64,000 nt of DNA, taken from NCBI RefSeq assembly GCF_947495725.1, contig NZ_CANLZZ010000003.1, forward strand, positions 240,341 through 304,340. Reading direction: 5' to 3'. Position 1 is the stretch's first letter; each line of letters starts with the position of its first letter. Below are positions 47,901-56,719 of the stretch, piece by piece. The position numbers and the translations under genes were made by a program. Under the pieces are notes generated by a model. That model had not been told where the DNA came from and did not search any database. It was given only the letters and a program-made list of their open reading frames with translations. This DNA is from an uncultured Lutibacter sp. (GTDB taxonomy: Bacteria; Bacteroidota; Bacteroidia; Flavobacteriales; Flavobacteriaceae).

Positions 47901-49294
47901 ATAAATACAATTAAAATAATCAATTGTCCAAAAATTGCCGATGTCATCATTTTAGAACTACTTTTGTAAGTAATTTCATCAATAGAATTTTGTCTATCTC
48001 TTTTAGATAGTGTTATTAATTCCGTTCTTTTTGATGTGATTTTAAAGGCTATAAATTCAACAATTATAACTGCTCCGTCTATAATTATACCAAAATCAAT
48101 TGCTCCTAAACTCATTAGGTTTGCGTCGATTCCAAAAATATACATTAGCGATAACGTAAATAATAATGATAATGGAATTACAGATGCAACTACTAAACCA
48201 GATCTAAAACTTCCTAATAGTAGAATTACAACAAAAATGACAATAATAATCCCTAAAATTAAGTTTTCGGCAATTGTAAAGGTTGTTTTTCCAATTAATT
48301 CACTTCGTTCTAAAAATCCATTTATATATACTCCTTCTGGTAAAGTTTTTTGAATTTCAGAAACTCGCTCTTTTACAGCTTTAATTACTTTATTAGAGTC
48401 GCCATCTTTTAACATCATAATTTGGCCAAGTACTTTTTCTCCTTCACCATTTCCCGTAATTGCACCAAAACGAGTAGCAAAACCAAAGTTTACTTCAGCA
48501 ACATTTTTAATTAATATTGGAACTCCTTCTACATTTTTAATTACTATGTTTTCAATATCTTCTAAAGATTTAATTAAGCCTTCTCCTCTAACAAAATAAC
48601 TTTCATTATTTTTTTCAATATATCCACCTCCAGCAACACTATTGTTAAATTCTACGGCATCTAAAATTTCTGATGCCGTTATATTCATCGACTTTATTTT
48701 TTCGGGATTTATGGCAATTTCATATTGTTTTAAAAATCCTCCCCAAGTATTAACTTCCACCACTCCTGGTATACCAGACAACTGACGTTTAACAACCCAA
48801 TCTTGAATTGTTCGCAGTTCCATTGACGAATATCTATCTTTATAGCCTGGTTTTGTATCAATAATATATTGATAAATTTCTCCTAACCCTGTTGTTATTG
48901 GCCCCATTTCTGGTGTTCCAAATCCTTCTGGTATTTTTTCTGCGGCTGTCTTAATTTTTTCAGCAATTAATTGTCTGGGTAAATAGGTTCCCATTCTATC
49001 TTCAAAAACAATGGTAACAACAGAAAGACCAAATTTTGAAACCGATCGAATTTCTTCAACTCCGGGTAAATTAGACATTTCCAATTCTACAGGATAAGTT
49101 ATAAATTGTTCAATATCTTGTGTCGATAAATTGCGTGATGTTGTAATTACTTGTACTTGGTTATTTGTAATATCTGGTACTGCCCCAATAGGAATTTGTG
49201 TAAGTGAAAACAATCCAAATCCTACTATAGTAGCAGTAATTAAAAGTACTATTAGTTTATTATTAATACTTAGCTTAATAATTTGTTGCAACAT
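44966..49294 (-). CDS. CzcA/CusA-type heavy-metal RND permease fused in frame to a TolC-like outer-membrane factor
   Basis: 1442 aa. Residues 1 to ~1040 form a 12-TM RND pump (the N-terminus MLQQIIKLSINNKLIVLL is typical of CzcA). A hydrophobic signal-like segment, KKTLPFLVFLIVPFLSFSQS, follows. The last ~380 aa are coiled and repeat-rich, like TolC/CzcC outer-membrane factors. Confidence 0.85.
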   Translation of the reverse strand: MLQQIIKLSINNKLIVLLITATIVGFGLFSLTQIPIGAVPDITNNQVQVITTSRNLSTQDIEQFITYPVELEMSNLPGVEEIRSVSKFGLSVVTIVFEDRMGTYLPRQLIAEKIKTAAEKIPEGFGTPEMGPITTGLGEIYQYIIDTKPGYKDRYSSMELRTIQDWVVKRQLSGIPGVVEVNTWGGFLKQYEIAINPEKIKSMNITASEILDAVEFNNSVAGGGYIEKNNESYFVRGEGLIKSLEDIENIVIKNVEGVPILIKNVAEVNFGFATRFGAITGNGEGEKVLGQIMMLKDGDSNKVIKAVKERVSEIQKTLPEGVYINGFLERSELIGKTTFTIAENLILGIIIVIFVVILLLGSFRSGLVVASVIPLSLLFTLSLMYIFGIDANLMSLGAIDFGIIIDGAVIIVEFIAFKITSKRTELITLSKRDRQNSIDEITYKSSSKMMTSAIFGQLIILIVFIPILSLSGVEGKMFKPMAMAFSFALIGAMFFCFTYVPVISSMFLKPEKVSENNVSKKIISFFYTLYEPVIKFALKSKKLVVIASVVLLIITGLIFGNMGGEFIPTLDEGDFVIQPVLKTGTSLSKTTQITTKIEQILLDNFPEVDQVVSRIGAAEVPTDPMSMEESDVIIKLKPKGEWVSASSKDELADKFKDKLSIIPGIDFEFTQPIEMRFNELITGVRADVAIKIFGDDLNILASKADEIKRKILNVEGASDIIVEKIEGLPQMSVIYNRSKVARYGLNIKELNHMVSMAFAGNTLGSVFEGERKFDLVVRLHSDFRKNIDNLRNLYIDTPMGIKIPLNEVAEINYTKGPAKISRDDTKRRIVIGVNVRNRDMETVVKDIKSIIDANVKLPIGYFISYGGQFKNLNSAKNRLKIVVPIALILIFILLHFAFNSIKDALMIFSAIPLSAVGGVLFLWLRGLPFSISAGVGFIALFGIAVLNGIVLIEHLKSLKEQGIYNVNERILKGTKERLRPVVLTAAAAALGFLPMAVSTNAGAEVQRPLATVVIGGLVTATLLTLVVLPVLYAIFENKDFKINRIINKKTLPFLVFLIVPFLSFSQSKFFSLNDLQNLAIKNNKHLNIQKQKVLQSKKNLKGAFDLEKTTLYYLKDRTNLNENGIPFETFGVEQTIEFPTVYFSKKNIAKINLELQEIKSKTTENELIKKVSQAYYKLVYIDEKLEELMYIDSLYSNFSNAANRKFELGESNYLEKITSQSKYKLYSVELESLKKDRLIAFEELKLLVQIKDNFEINPIDLKKINLQKIDILNHTITQYFQRNKEKVTFQKKMLTQQLLPDLQFNYFSSKIKDANNTVNSFQAGIALPIFLANKTSKISVAKIEQDIADDLIFENNLKLKSKYKVLNQELEKIELQLTYFEKSGESLAKEILKTANGSYKNGEIDFFQYIQSLEMVYQLKIEYLDNLNKYNQLVLEINYLNL

Positions 49295-49517
49295 AAATTA
49301 ATTATTTAAAATTGTATATTGTTAAAAACCAAAAACTTGATTTTCAAAATTACCTATATAATAATTTAACTATGTAACTTTTGTAGAGGTAGAAAAAGGT
49401 TTTTTATTAATAAATTAGTTGGTGGCTTTGAAAAACAAAAAATAATAATTTATTCAAATAACAAATGTATGTTATCAATATTATTAATAATTATTAAAAC
49501 AAATAATTTTACAATTA

Positions 49518-51539
49518 TTAAATTTTACCAAAATATTTTCTAATAAACCACTCAATACTAAGTATTAAAACAACAATACCTAAAAGCCATTTCCAATCTA
49601 TTAATGGAGATTCAATAACTTTTGAACTTTGAACACTTTTAAAACGAGGGTCGCTTTGTAATAATGTAATTAAATTTTCTGAGTTTTGTTCATAAAAAAC
49701 TTCTCCATTAGTTTTTGTTGCTAACTTTTTTAATGATAAATCGTTCGCGTTTTTAAACTGTTGTTCTATTTCAAATTGAAGAACTTTAAAACTACCAGAA
49801 GATTTTGATGCTTGGTTATCAACTGTAACAGTATAATAATATTCACCTGCCGGGATATTTGAAAACTCAGCTTTGTATTGATTGTTACTTAAAGAAAAAG
49901 GTATTTTTTTAATATAATTATTCTCCTTACTGGAAATGGAAACCCACAATTTAGATTTTGTATTAAACTGATAGTTTTCATCTAAATAACTAGCCGAAAA
50001 ATTCACCATTTCATTTGCGTAAAATAGATTATTTACCGTTACACTTAAACGCTCATTTCTTAAATTAGATGATAAATATTGTATTACATTAGAAATAAAT
50101 CCATCAAATACTTCAAACGAATTATTTTTTACAAAACTACGCATTCTCCATCTCCAAATATTCTCTCCAAATAAAAAAGCACCACGTTGATTATCATTTT
50201 GAAAAGTTCCCAACATAGTTTCCTCAGTAGTAATTGGTCCTATTTTTTGAAATAATAATGTATTAATTGGTATTGAAAAATTTACTGTTCCAAAAACATC
50301 TTCTATTGGAGGAAAATTTAAAAAATCAATATCTTCAACTAAAAATGAAGGGAAATTTGAATTATAAACAGGACGATAATTTTCAAATTGTGAAGTATTA
50401 CTTTTCTTAAAATTTTGTTGAATGCTATTTAAAAAATTCCAATCAGTACTTAAACCTGTTATAACAAAATAGTTCAAGTTTTTATCCGAAATATTGCGCA
50501 TTACGCTTTTAAATAAACTAGTAGGCTGATAAAGTATTACCAATTGATAATCAGATACATTACCTTTAAAGTTGTTTATATTCTCAATAAATACTGAACG
50601 CTGTTTGTTGCTTTCAATTGCTTTTTTTAACATTCCTAAATCGGGATGAATTATTGAGGTTAACACTAATATTTTTGATGTTTCTTCTATAACATTTACA
50701 CTAAAATTCTTTTTGTTATTTAAGGTATTTAATTCATCCTCTAAATTTTCAATACTTGCTGTAAAATACTGTATTCCTTTTTCCTTTGGAGACAAGAAAA
50801 AGGATTCAATTTTTACATTGTCATCCTTAGAAAAAATAAGGTTTTTTGAAAAAACTTTATTGTTTTTATTATAAACACTAAATTGTTTAGTTATCCGCTT
50901 ATTTCCCGTATAATTTATAAAAACTTCAACAGGTAATTTATTATTTATGTACGTGTATTTATTTACATTAAGTTGCCCTATAAAAACATCCTCAAACTGA
51001 GTTGTATCACCAATAATTAAAGGAAAAACTGGGCTTTTGGAGGTATTAAATTCCACATTATTACCAATGGTTTGATTTCCATCTGTTACAATAATAATAG
51101 GATTGTTAGATTTCTTATAAAGCTTTGAAAACTCTTGAATGGGGGCCGAAATATTTGTTTGATTTTCATTAAATTTTAATGAATCTAACGGAGATACATT
51201 ATTTCCAAAAGAAAAATATTCAACTTTATATTTATCATTTAAAAGTTTATCATTCTTAAGTTTTTCAACAAAATTTAAAACACTTTTATCTCCTGAACTA
51301 TATTTAATTGATTTCGAATTATCAACAGCTACAATTAAATTAGGTTTTACATTTTCAATTTCAGTTTTATTAATTGAAGGATTTATTAAAAGTAAAAGAA
51401 TTGTAAAAACACTTAAAAAACGTAAAAAAGAAAGCCAATATTTCAATTGGCTTTTCTCTTTGTTTTTATATAAATATTGAAAAAAAGCAACGATTAAAGC
51501 CAACAGAACAGCTAAAACAATAAACATAGTTTTAATCAT
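49518..51539 (-). CDS. Membrane-anchored von Willebrand factor A (vWA)-like protein
   Basis: 673 aa with two N-terminal TM helices and one C-terminal TM helix. A MIDAS-like DxSxS (VDNSKS) and IIIVTDGNQT motif are present. The remainder is unassigned. Confidence 0.6.
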   Translation of the reverse strand: MIKTMFIVLAVLLALIVAFFQYLYKNKEKSQLKYWLSFLRFLSVFTILLLLINPSINKTEIENVKPNLIVAVDNSKSIKYSSGDKSVLNFVEKLKNDKLLNDKYKVEYFSFGNNVSPLDSLKFNENQTNISAPIQEFSKLYKKSNNPIIIVTDGNQTIGNNVEFNTSKSPVFPLIIGDTTQFEDVFIGQLNVNKYTYINNKLPVEVFINYTGNKRITKQFSVYNKNNKVFSKNLIFSKDDNVKIESFFLSPKEKGIQYFTASIENLEDELNTLNNKKNFSVNVIEETSKILVLTSIIHPDLGMLKKAIESNKQRSVFIENINNFKGNVSDYQLVILYQPTSLFKSVMRNISDKNLNYFVITGLSTDWNFLNSIQQNFKKSNTSQFENYRPVYNSNFPSFLVEDIDFLNFPPIEDVFGTVNFSIPINTLLFQKIGPITTEETMLGTFQNDNQRGAFLFGENIWRWRMRSFVKNNSFEVFDGFISNVIQYLSSNLRNERLSVTVNNLFYANEMVNFSASYLDENYQFNTKSKLWVSISSKENNYIKKIPFSLSNNQYKAEFSNIPAGEYYYTVTVDNQASKSSGSFKVLQFEIEQQFKNANDLSLKKLATKTNGEVFYEQNSENLITLLQSDPRFKSVQSSKVIESPLIDWKWLLGIVVLILSIEWFIRKYFGKI

Positions 51540-51581
51540 TTAAATTACCATTAGGCTTAATTACTTTTTTTAGTTTTACTT

Positions 51582-52328
51582 TTATGTTAACATACCTCCA
51601 TCAACACTAATTGTTTGTCCTGTAACATAAGCACTCATTTCTGAAGCTAAAAATACACAGGCATTTGCAACATCTTCAGGTGTTCCTCCTCGTTTTAAAG
51701 GAATAGAACTTCTCCATTCTTTTACTGTGTCTTCAGGTAGCTTTGCAGTCATTTCAGTTTCAATAAAACCAGGTGCAATAACATTACACCTTATATTTCT
51801 AGAGCCTAATTCTAATGCAACAGATTTTGAAAACCCTAATATACCTGCTTTAGAGGCGGCATAATTTGATTGTCCTGCATTTCCCTTTAAACCTACAACA
51901 GAGCTCATATTTATAATAGAACCCGAACGCTGTTTCATCATTGGTCTTATTACCGCTTTTGTTAAATTAAAAACAGATTTTAAATTAACATCCATAACGG
52001 TATCAAAATCATCTTCTGAAATTCTCATTAACAAATTATCTTTAGTAATTCCAGCATTGTTAATTAAAACGTCAATTGTACCAAATTCTTTCAAAACATT
52101 AGCTGCCAATTCTTGAGCTGCATCAAATATTGCAGCATTTGATTGATATCCTTTTGCTTTTACACCATATGATTTCAATTCTTTTTCTAATTCGTTGGCT
52201 GCTTCAACTGATGAGCTGTATGTAAATGCAACATTTGCTCCATGTTTTGCAAAAACCTGAGCAATTCCTTTTCCTATTCCTCTAGTTGCTCCAGTAATTA
52301 AAGCTGTTTTATTTTCTAAAAGTTTCAT
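51582..52328 (-). CDS. fabG: 3-oxoacyl-ACP reductase
   Basis: 248 aa with TGATRGIGKGIA, NNAGIT, and the catalytic S...YAASK. Confidence 0.92.
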   Translation of the reverse strand: MKLLENKTALITGATRGIGKGIAQVFAKHGANVAFTYSSSVEAANELEKELKSYGVKAKGYQSNAAIFDAAQELAANVLKEFGTIDVLINNAGITKDNLLMRISEDDFDTVMDVNLKSVFNLTKAVIRPMMKQRSGSIINMSSVVGLKGNAGQSNYAASKAGILGFSKSVALELGSRNIRCNVIAPGFIETEMTAKLPEDTVKEWRSSIPLKRGGTPEDVANACVFLASEMSAYVTGQTISVDGGMLT

Positions 52329-52387
52329 ACTTTTTAATATAATTTAAAATTTAAATTTTTAATAAATCAAATATACACATTTGAACT

Positions 52388-52415
52388 AAAAAAGCCTCCA
52401 ATAAGGAAGCTTTTG
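52388..52415 (-). terminator. Probable terminator after the tandem-domain lipoprotein gene
   Basis: On the minus strand, AAGCTTCC-TTAT-TGGAGGCTT (one wobble) is followed by TTTTTT. Confidence 0.5.
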
Positions 52416-52454
52416 TAAATTTAATTAATATAAAAAAGGGTTGATTTATGCTAT

Positions 52455-53330
52455 TTATCTTGAAAATGAACCTGTTGGAAAATTTAAATTTTGTCCCAAA
52501 TTATATGTGGTATGATCTATTGCATTTGCTGGAATGTCTCCCACTAAAGGCTTTAACAAAAATGGATTAGGGCTATTATCCGGATCTGGTTCTATTGAAA
52601 TTACAGCCTTACCACCCGATAAATCTACTGGAAAAGTTAATCCAGATGGTGCGTTTAATAAATAATCTTCACCTGGAAATGGCGGACCTGCCATATTATC
52701 ACTAAAACCATCAAACTCATCTGCTCCTGTAACACTAGTAAACTTACCTGAAGTAACTGGCTGACCGTTTGTTACAACCCAACCTTCATATTTCCAACCA
52801 GCTGGTAATGTTGGCAAACTTAATCCAACAGCTGGGGAACCTGATGATAAATCTAAAAACCAAACCCCGCTATTTTCGTCATTATTTGCCCCATTTGTAG
52901 GTGTTGCTAAAATATATTTTCCAATGGCAGTTGAAAAGTTATTACCTAATGCCGCTCCGTGATCTATTGATAAAGTTCCTGAATTTCCAGAAAAATCACC
53001 CGCTAAAATATGTACATCACTAGGTTCCGGTACATCACCTACGGCTTTTTCAATTGTTAAAATAAATGCTGTTGCAGCATCTAAATCATCTAAATCTAAG
53101 TTAAAACTTGTTTGAGATAATATTCCATTATCATTTACTGTAAATCTTCCTGTTGTAACAGGAGAACCACTAACCATAATCCATCCTTCATAAACATAAT
53201 CTGATCCAAGGTTTTCCAAACCAGAAATATTTAATACTAAATTCTTTGTTGTTGGTTCATCATCATCTGAACAAAATGATACTGTTAAAGCAAAACAGAA
53301 CAATGCTATAAATTTAAAAATTCTTGTCAT
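52455..53330 (-). CDS. Lipoprotein with an internally duplicated domain (RskA-C-terminal-like from memory)
   Basis: 291 aa with lipobox VSFCSDDD. Two related halves are present: YVYEGWIMVSGSPVTTGRFTV...FILTIEKAVGDVPEPSDVHIL and WKYEGWVVTNGQPVTSGKFTS...AVISIEPDPDNSPNPFLLKPL. Confidence 0.6.
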   Translation of the reverse strand: MTRIFKFIALFCFALTVSFCSDDDEPTTKNLVLNISGLENLGSDYVYEGWIMVSGSPVTTGRFTVNDNGILSQTSFNLDLDDLDAATAFILTIEKAVGDVPEPSDVHILAGDFSGNSGTLSIDHGAALGNNFSTAIGKYILATPTNGANNDENSGVWFLDLSSGSPAVGLSLPTLPAGWKYEGWVVTNGQPVTSGKFTSVTGADEFDGFSDNMAGPPFPGEDYLLNAPSGLTFPVDLSGGKAVISIEPDPDNSPNPFLLKPLVGDIPANAIDHTTYNLGQNLNFPTGSFSR

Positions 53331-53400
53331 AATAATTTGTTTTAATGTTATATGACAAATATATTTGAGTAAAGTAAATTAAAATGTTAGCTATCTAACA

Positions 53401-54072
53401 CTATGCGGTTTTTTTCAAAAAAAGTATTTCTTTTCCTTTAAAATCTATTATTCCTTCTTCCTTTAATTCATTCATTACTAGGTTTAAAGTTGGTCTTGAT
53501 GTTCCAATTAGGTTTGCAATATCTTTTTGGGTGTATGGATGAGCCGCTTTTAATTTTCCTGTTTTTTCACAACAAACTCCATAATCTTCGCATAATTCGT
53601 CTAAAAAATCTAATAATCTGGTTTTAGCATCTTTAAATAATAAAATTTGTAATCGGCGTTCTAATTTTCTAATACGAAAACTAATAAATTTATAAATTTT
53701 TAAAGTAAAAGTTTGATTGTCTCTCATTAGGTCATGTAAAGTATTAACTCCTATTGGACATATAGTGGTATTATTATCTATAGATTGTGCAAATTCATTT
53801 CTTTTTTCTTCACCAAGAATTGCTTTTTCACCAAACAGTTCACCTTTACATAAAATGGCTTTTACTACTTCTCCTCCGTTTTCTGTATAATAACCTAATT
53901 TTACTTTACCTTTTTCAATTAAAAAAACTTTATTCGAAACATCTTCTTCAAAATATATATAGTCACTTTTAGAATATTCACTAAAATTATGGCAGTCTTT
54001 GTAGGCCGCAAATTTATGAGGGCATAAAATTTTAAAAAGATTTACGTTTTCGAAATACCAAAGTTTGCTCAT
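53401..54072 (-). CDS. Crp/Fnr-family transcriptional regulator
   Basis: ORF 53401..54126, with the likely start MSKLWYFENV at 54072. It has a cNMP-binding beta-roll (GELFGE) and a C-terminal HTH (QKDIANLIGTSRPTLNLVMNELKEEGII). Confidence 0.88.
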   Translation of the reverse strand: MSKLWYFENVNLFKILCPHKFAAYKDCHNFSEYSKSDYIYFEEDVSNKVFLIEKGKVKLGYYTENGGEVVKAILCKGELFGEKAILGEEKRNEFAQSIDNNTTICPIGVNTLHDLMRDNQTFTLKIYKFISFRIRKLERRLQILLFKDAKTRLLDFLDELCEDYGVCCEKTGKLKAAHPYTQKDIANLIGTSRPTLNLVMNELKEEGIIDFKGKEILFLKKTA

Positions 54073-54126
54073 TGTATAAATTTGTATCCTTTGTCGCAAA
54101 AAACAATAAAACTTACACAAAAACAT

Positions 54127-54157
54127 AAAAAAACCTCTTTAATAAGAGGTTTTTTTG
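54127..54157 (-). terminator. Rho-independent terminator after the GH31 gene
   Basis: AAAAAAACCTCTTTAATAAGAGGTTTTTTT, 20 nt beyond the stop at 54178. Confidence 0.8.
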
Positions 54158-54177
54158 TTTTTTATAAAAATAATTTA

Positions 54178-56580
54178 CTATTCTGATACTATATAAAGTT
54201 CTCTAAATTCTTTTGTTACCTCCAAGGTAACATTTCCATTTAATTTTGAAATATCAATTTCTTCATTATCAACTTCAACTTTTTTAATTTTAAATGGCAA
54301 GCCATGAATGTTTATCTTAAATGTTTCATAGCTGGTTACATATTTACCAGATTTAAACTGTTGAATTGTTAAAGAATTTTCTTTACCAACTTGATTAAAA
54401 TTTCTTAAGCTATAACGTCCTTTTTTATAATCATATCCATCGTGAGCATCTTCATAAACTTCTGAAGATTCCTTACCCATTTTAAAATAAACGTCTAAAA
54501 CCAATTGATCAATTTCTTTTTCCCCAACATATTGCTGAACAGGATACTTTGGAATAATTGCACCTTCTTTTATAAAAATTGGCATACTATCCAAATCGGC
54601 ATCAACCCAAATTTCTTCTCCACCTTCTTCTATAATAGAATTATCCCAAAAGCTATACCATCTTCCTTTTGGTATGTACATTCTTCTACCTTTTGAATTT
54701 GCCTCAATTATTGGACAAACTAATATTTTTTCACCAAAAATAAATTCATCATTTCTATGATGTGTATTGGGATCTTTTTGATCAAATAGTACTAATGACT
54801 TAAGAATTGGAATTCCTTCACTAGTATATCTCCAAAAAGTAGTATATAAATATGGTAATAATTGATATCTAATTTCAATGAATTTTCTTACTATATCAGT
54901 AATTGTTTTACCAAATACCCAAGGTTCTTGATCTCCATGGTCTCCTGAAGAGTGCACTCTACAAAATGGATGAAAAACACCTAACTGTATCCAACGTGCA
55001 AATAATTCACCTGTTGGCTGTTCTGCAAATCCTCCAATATCCGAGCCTGCAAAAGAAAAACCTGACATACACATACGTTGTGCTTGTTGATTTGCAATTG
55101 CTAAATGATCCCAAGTAGCAACATTATCACCTGTCCACGTTGATGTATAGCGTTGTGTTCCCGAATATGCAGCTCTAGTAATTACAAAAGGACGTTTTGG
55201 ATAAGAAAACTTTTTTAAACCATGATAAGTTGCACGAGCCATTTGCATTCCATAAACATTATGCGCTTTTCTATGACTACAAGGGTTTCCGTCATAGTCA
55301 TGGCGTACATCATTTGGAAAAGTTTTTCCAGGAACATCCATAACAGCAGGTTCATTCATATCATTCCAAACCCCATTTACACCAACTTCTTCTATTAATT
55401 CTTTAAATAAATTAGACCACCATTCTCTAACTTCTGGGTTTGTATAGTCTGGAAAATAACATTCTCCAGGCCATACTTTTCCTTTCATATAAGGTCCATC
55501 CGCTCTTTTACAAAAATAATCTTTCTCTAATCCTTCTTTAAAAACATCATACTCATTGTCAATTTTAATCCCTGGATCTATAATTACAATTGTTTTAAAC
55601 CCATCATCCGCTAATTCTTTAACCATTTTCTTTGGATTTGGAAAGTATTCTTTACTCCAGGTAAAACATCTAAACCCTTCCATATAATCAATATCCAAAT
55701 AAATAGCATCACATGGAATCTTTAATTCCCTAAATTTGGCCGTAATTTCTTTAACATTTGATTCTGGATAATAGCTCCATTTACATTGATGAAATCCTAA
55801 TGCCCATAAAGGTGGAATATGTTGTGGACGACCAGTTAAATCTGTATAATTAGAAACAACTTCTTTCATATCAGGACCATAAATGAAATAAAAATTCATT
55901 TCACCACCTTCTGCCCAAAAACTTGTTATATTTCTTCTTTCCTGACAAAAATCGAAAAATGTTTTAAAGGTATTATCAAAGAAAATTCCATAGGACTTCT
56001 CATGATGTATTGCTGTATAAAATGGAATTGCTTTATAAATAGGATCTGTATTTCTACCATAAGCAAAAGAATCTGTTACCCAGTTTTGAAAACGTCTTCC
56101 TTTTAAATTGTTATCTACAGGTTTATCTCCTAATCCATAATAATTTTCGGCTTGTTGAGACCTAAAAGACATTTTTACTATATCACCACCAATTTCATAA
56201 CTTTCTTCCCAGTGAAATCCTATTTCGTCTTCTAAAATTAATGAGTTATCCTTCACATCATGGATAGTTCTTCTCATATCTAACTTTGAAATATTACAAA
56301 TAAGCTTTGAAGTGGTTATAATGTAATTGTCGTCATCTTCCTCAATTTCCAAATGGTTATATCCTTTACTAGCATACATTGTAATTCCATAAGAAAAATC
56401 TTTATCAAAAAGTCCTGTTGTACTATATCTAAAACGTAAAACACTATCTCGTTCCACGGTTAATTCTAAAACAACATTATTCTCACTTTTAAAATATAAG
56501 GTATTAACGTTCTTTTTGTAAAAAACTATTTTTGAAGGGCTTTGATTTCCTTTATATTCTAATTCTGTATTTAATATCAT
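54178..56580 (-). CDS. Glycoside hydrolase family 31 alpha-glucosidase
   Basis: 800 aa with the GH31 nucleophile region GVWNDMNEPA and a downstream acid/base region (WTGDN). Confidence 0.9.
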   Translation of the reverse strand: MILNTELEYKGNQSPSKIVFYKKNVNTLYFKSENNVVLELTVERDSVLRFRYSTTGLFDKDFSYGITMYASKGYNHLEIEEDDDNYIITTSKLICNISKLDMRRTIHDVKDNSLILEDEIGFHWEESYEIGGDIVKMSFRSQQAENYYGLGDKPVDNNLKGRRFQNWVTDSFAYGRNTDPIYKAIPFYTAIHHEKSYGIFFDNTFKTFFDFCQERRNITSFWAEGGEMNFYFIYGPDMKEVVSNYTDLTGRPQHIPPLWALGFHQCKWSYYPESNVKEITAKFRELKIPCDAIYLDIDYMEGFRCFTWSKEYFPNPKKMVKELADDGFKTIVIIDPGIKIDNEYDVFKEGLEKDYFCKRADGPYMKGKVWPGECYFPDYTNPEVREWWSNLFKELIEEVGVNGVWNDMNEPAVMDVPGKTFPNDVRHDYDGNPCSHRKAHNVYGMQMARATYHGLKKFSYPKRPFVITRAAYSGTQRYTSTWTGDNVATWDHLAIANQQAQRMCMSGFSFAGSDIGGFAEQPTGELFARWIQLGVFHPFCRVHSSGDHGDQEPWVFGKTITDIVRKFIEIRYQLLPYLYTTFWRYTSEGIPILKSLVLFDQKDPNTHHRNDEFIFGEKILVCPIIEANSKGRRMYIPKGRWYSFWDNSIIEEGGEEIWVDADLDSMPIFIKEGAIIPKYPVQQYVGEKEIDQLVLDVYFKMGKESSEVYEDAHDGYDYKKGRYSLRNFNQVGKENSLTIQQFKSGKYVTSYETFKINIHGLPFKIKKVEVDNEEIDISKLNGNVTLEVTKEFRELYIVSE

Positions 56581-56649
56581 ATATATATTTTATAATAACG
56601 AGATCCAAATTTACTAAAATTAATCATTAAAACTACGCAGTAAAAATTT

Positions 56650-56693
56650 AAAAAAAGGCTACCATATTTAAATATAATTTAAATATGGTAGCC
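56650..56693 (-). terminator. Strong terminator between glgB and the GH31 gene
   Basis: A perfect 17-bp stem: GGCTACCATATTTAAAT (56657-56673) pairs with ATTTAAATATGGTAGCC (56677-56693) around a 3-nt loop. On the minus strand TTTTTT follows. Confidence 0.75.
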
Positions 56694-56719
56694 TTATATT
56701 TTGGTTATAATAATTAGTT

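Noticed and set aside
49455-49476. A shared 13-mer, AAATAACAAATGT (ATAACA..TGTTAT palindromes), upstream of both the RND operon (49455-49476) and the glucan operon (63329-63345).
   Set aside because: In a sequence this AT-rich, a single shared A/T 13-mer among ~64 kb is expected by chance. The half-site spacing also differs (6 versus 2 nt).
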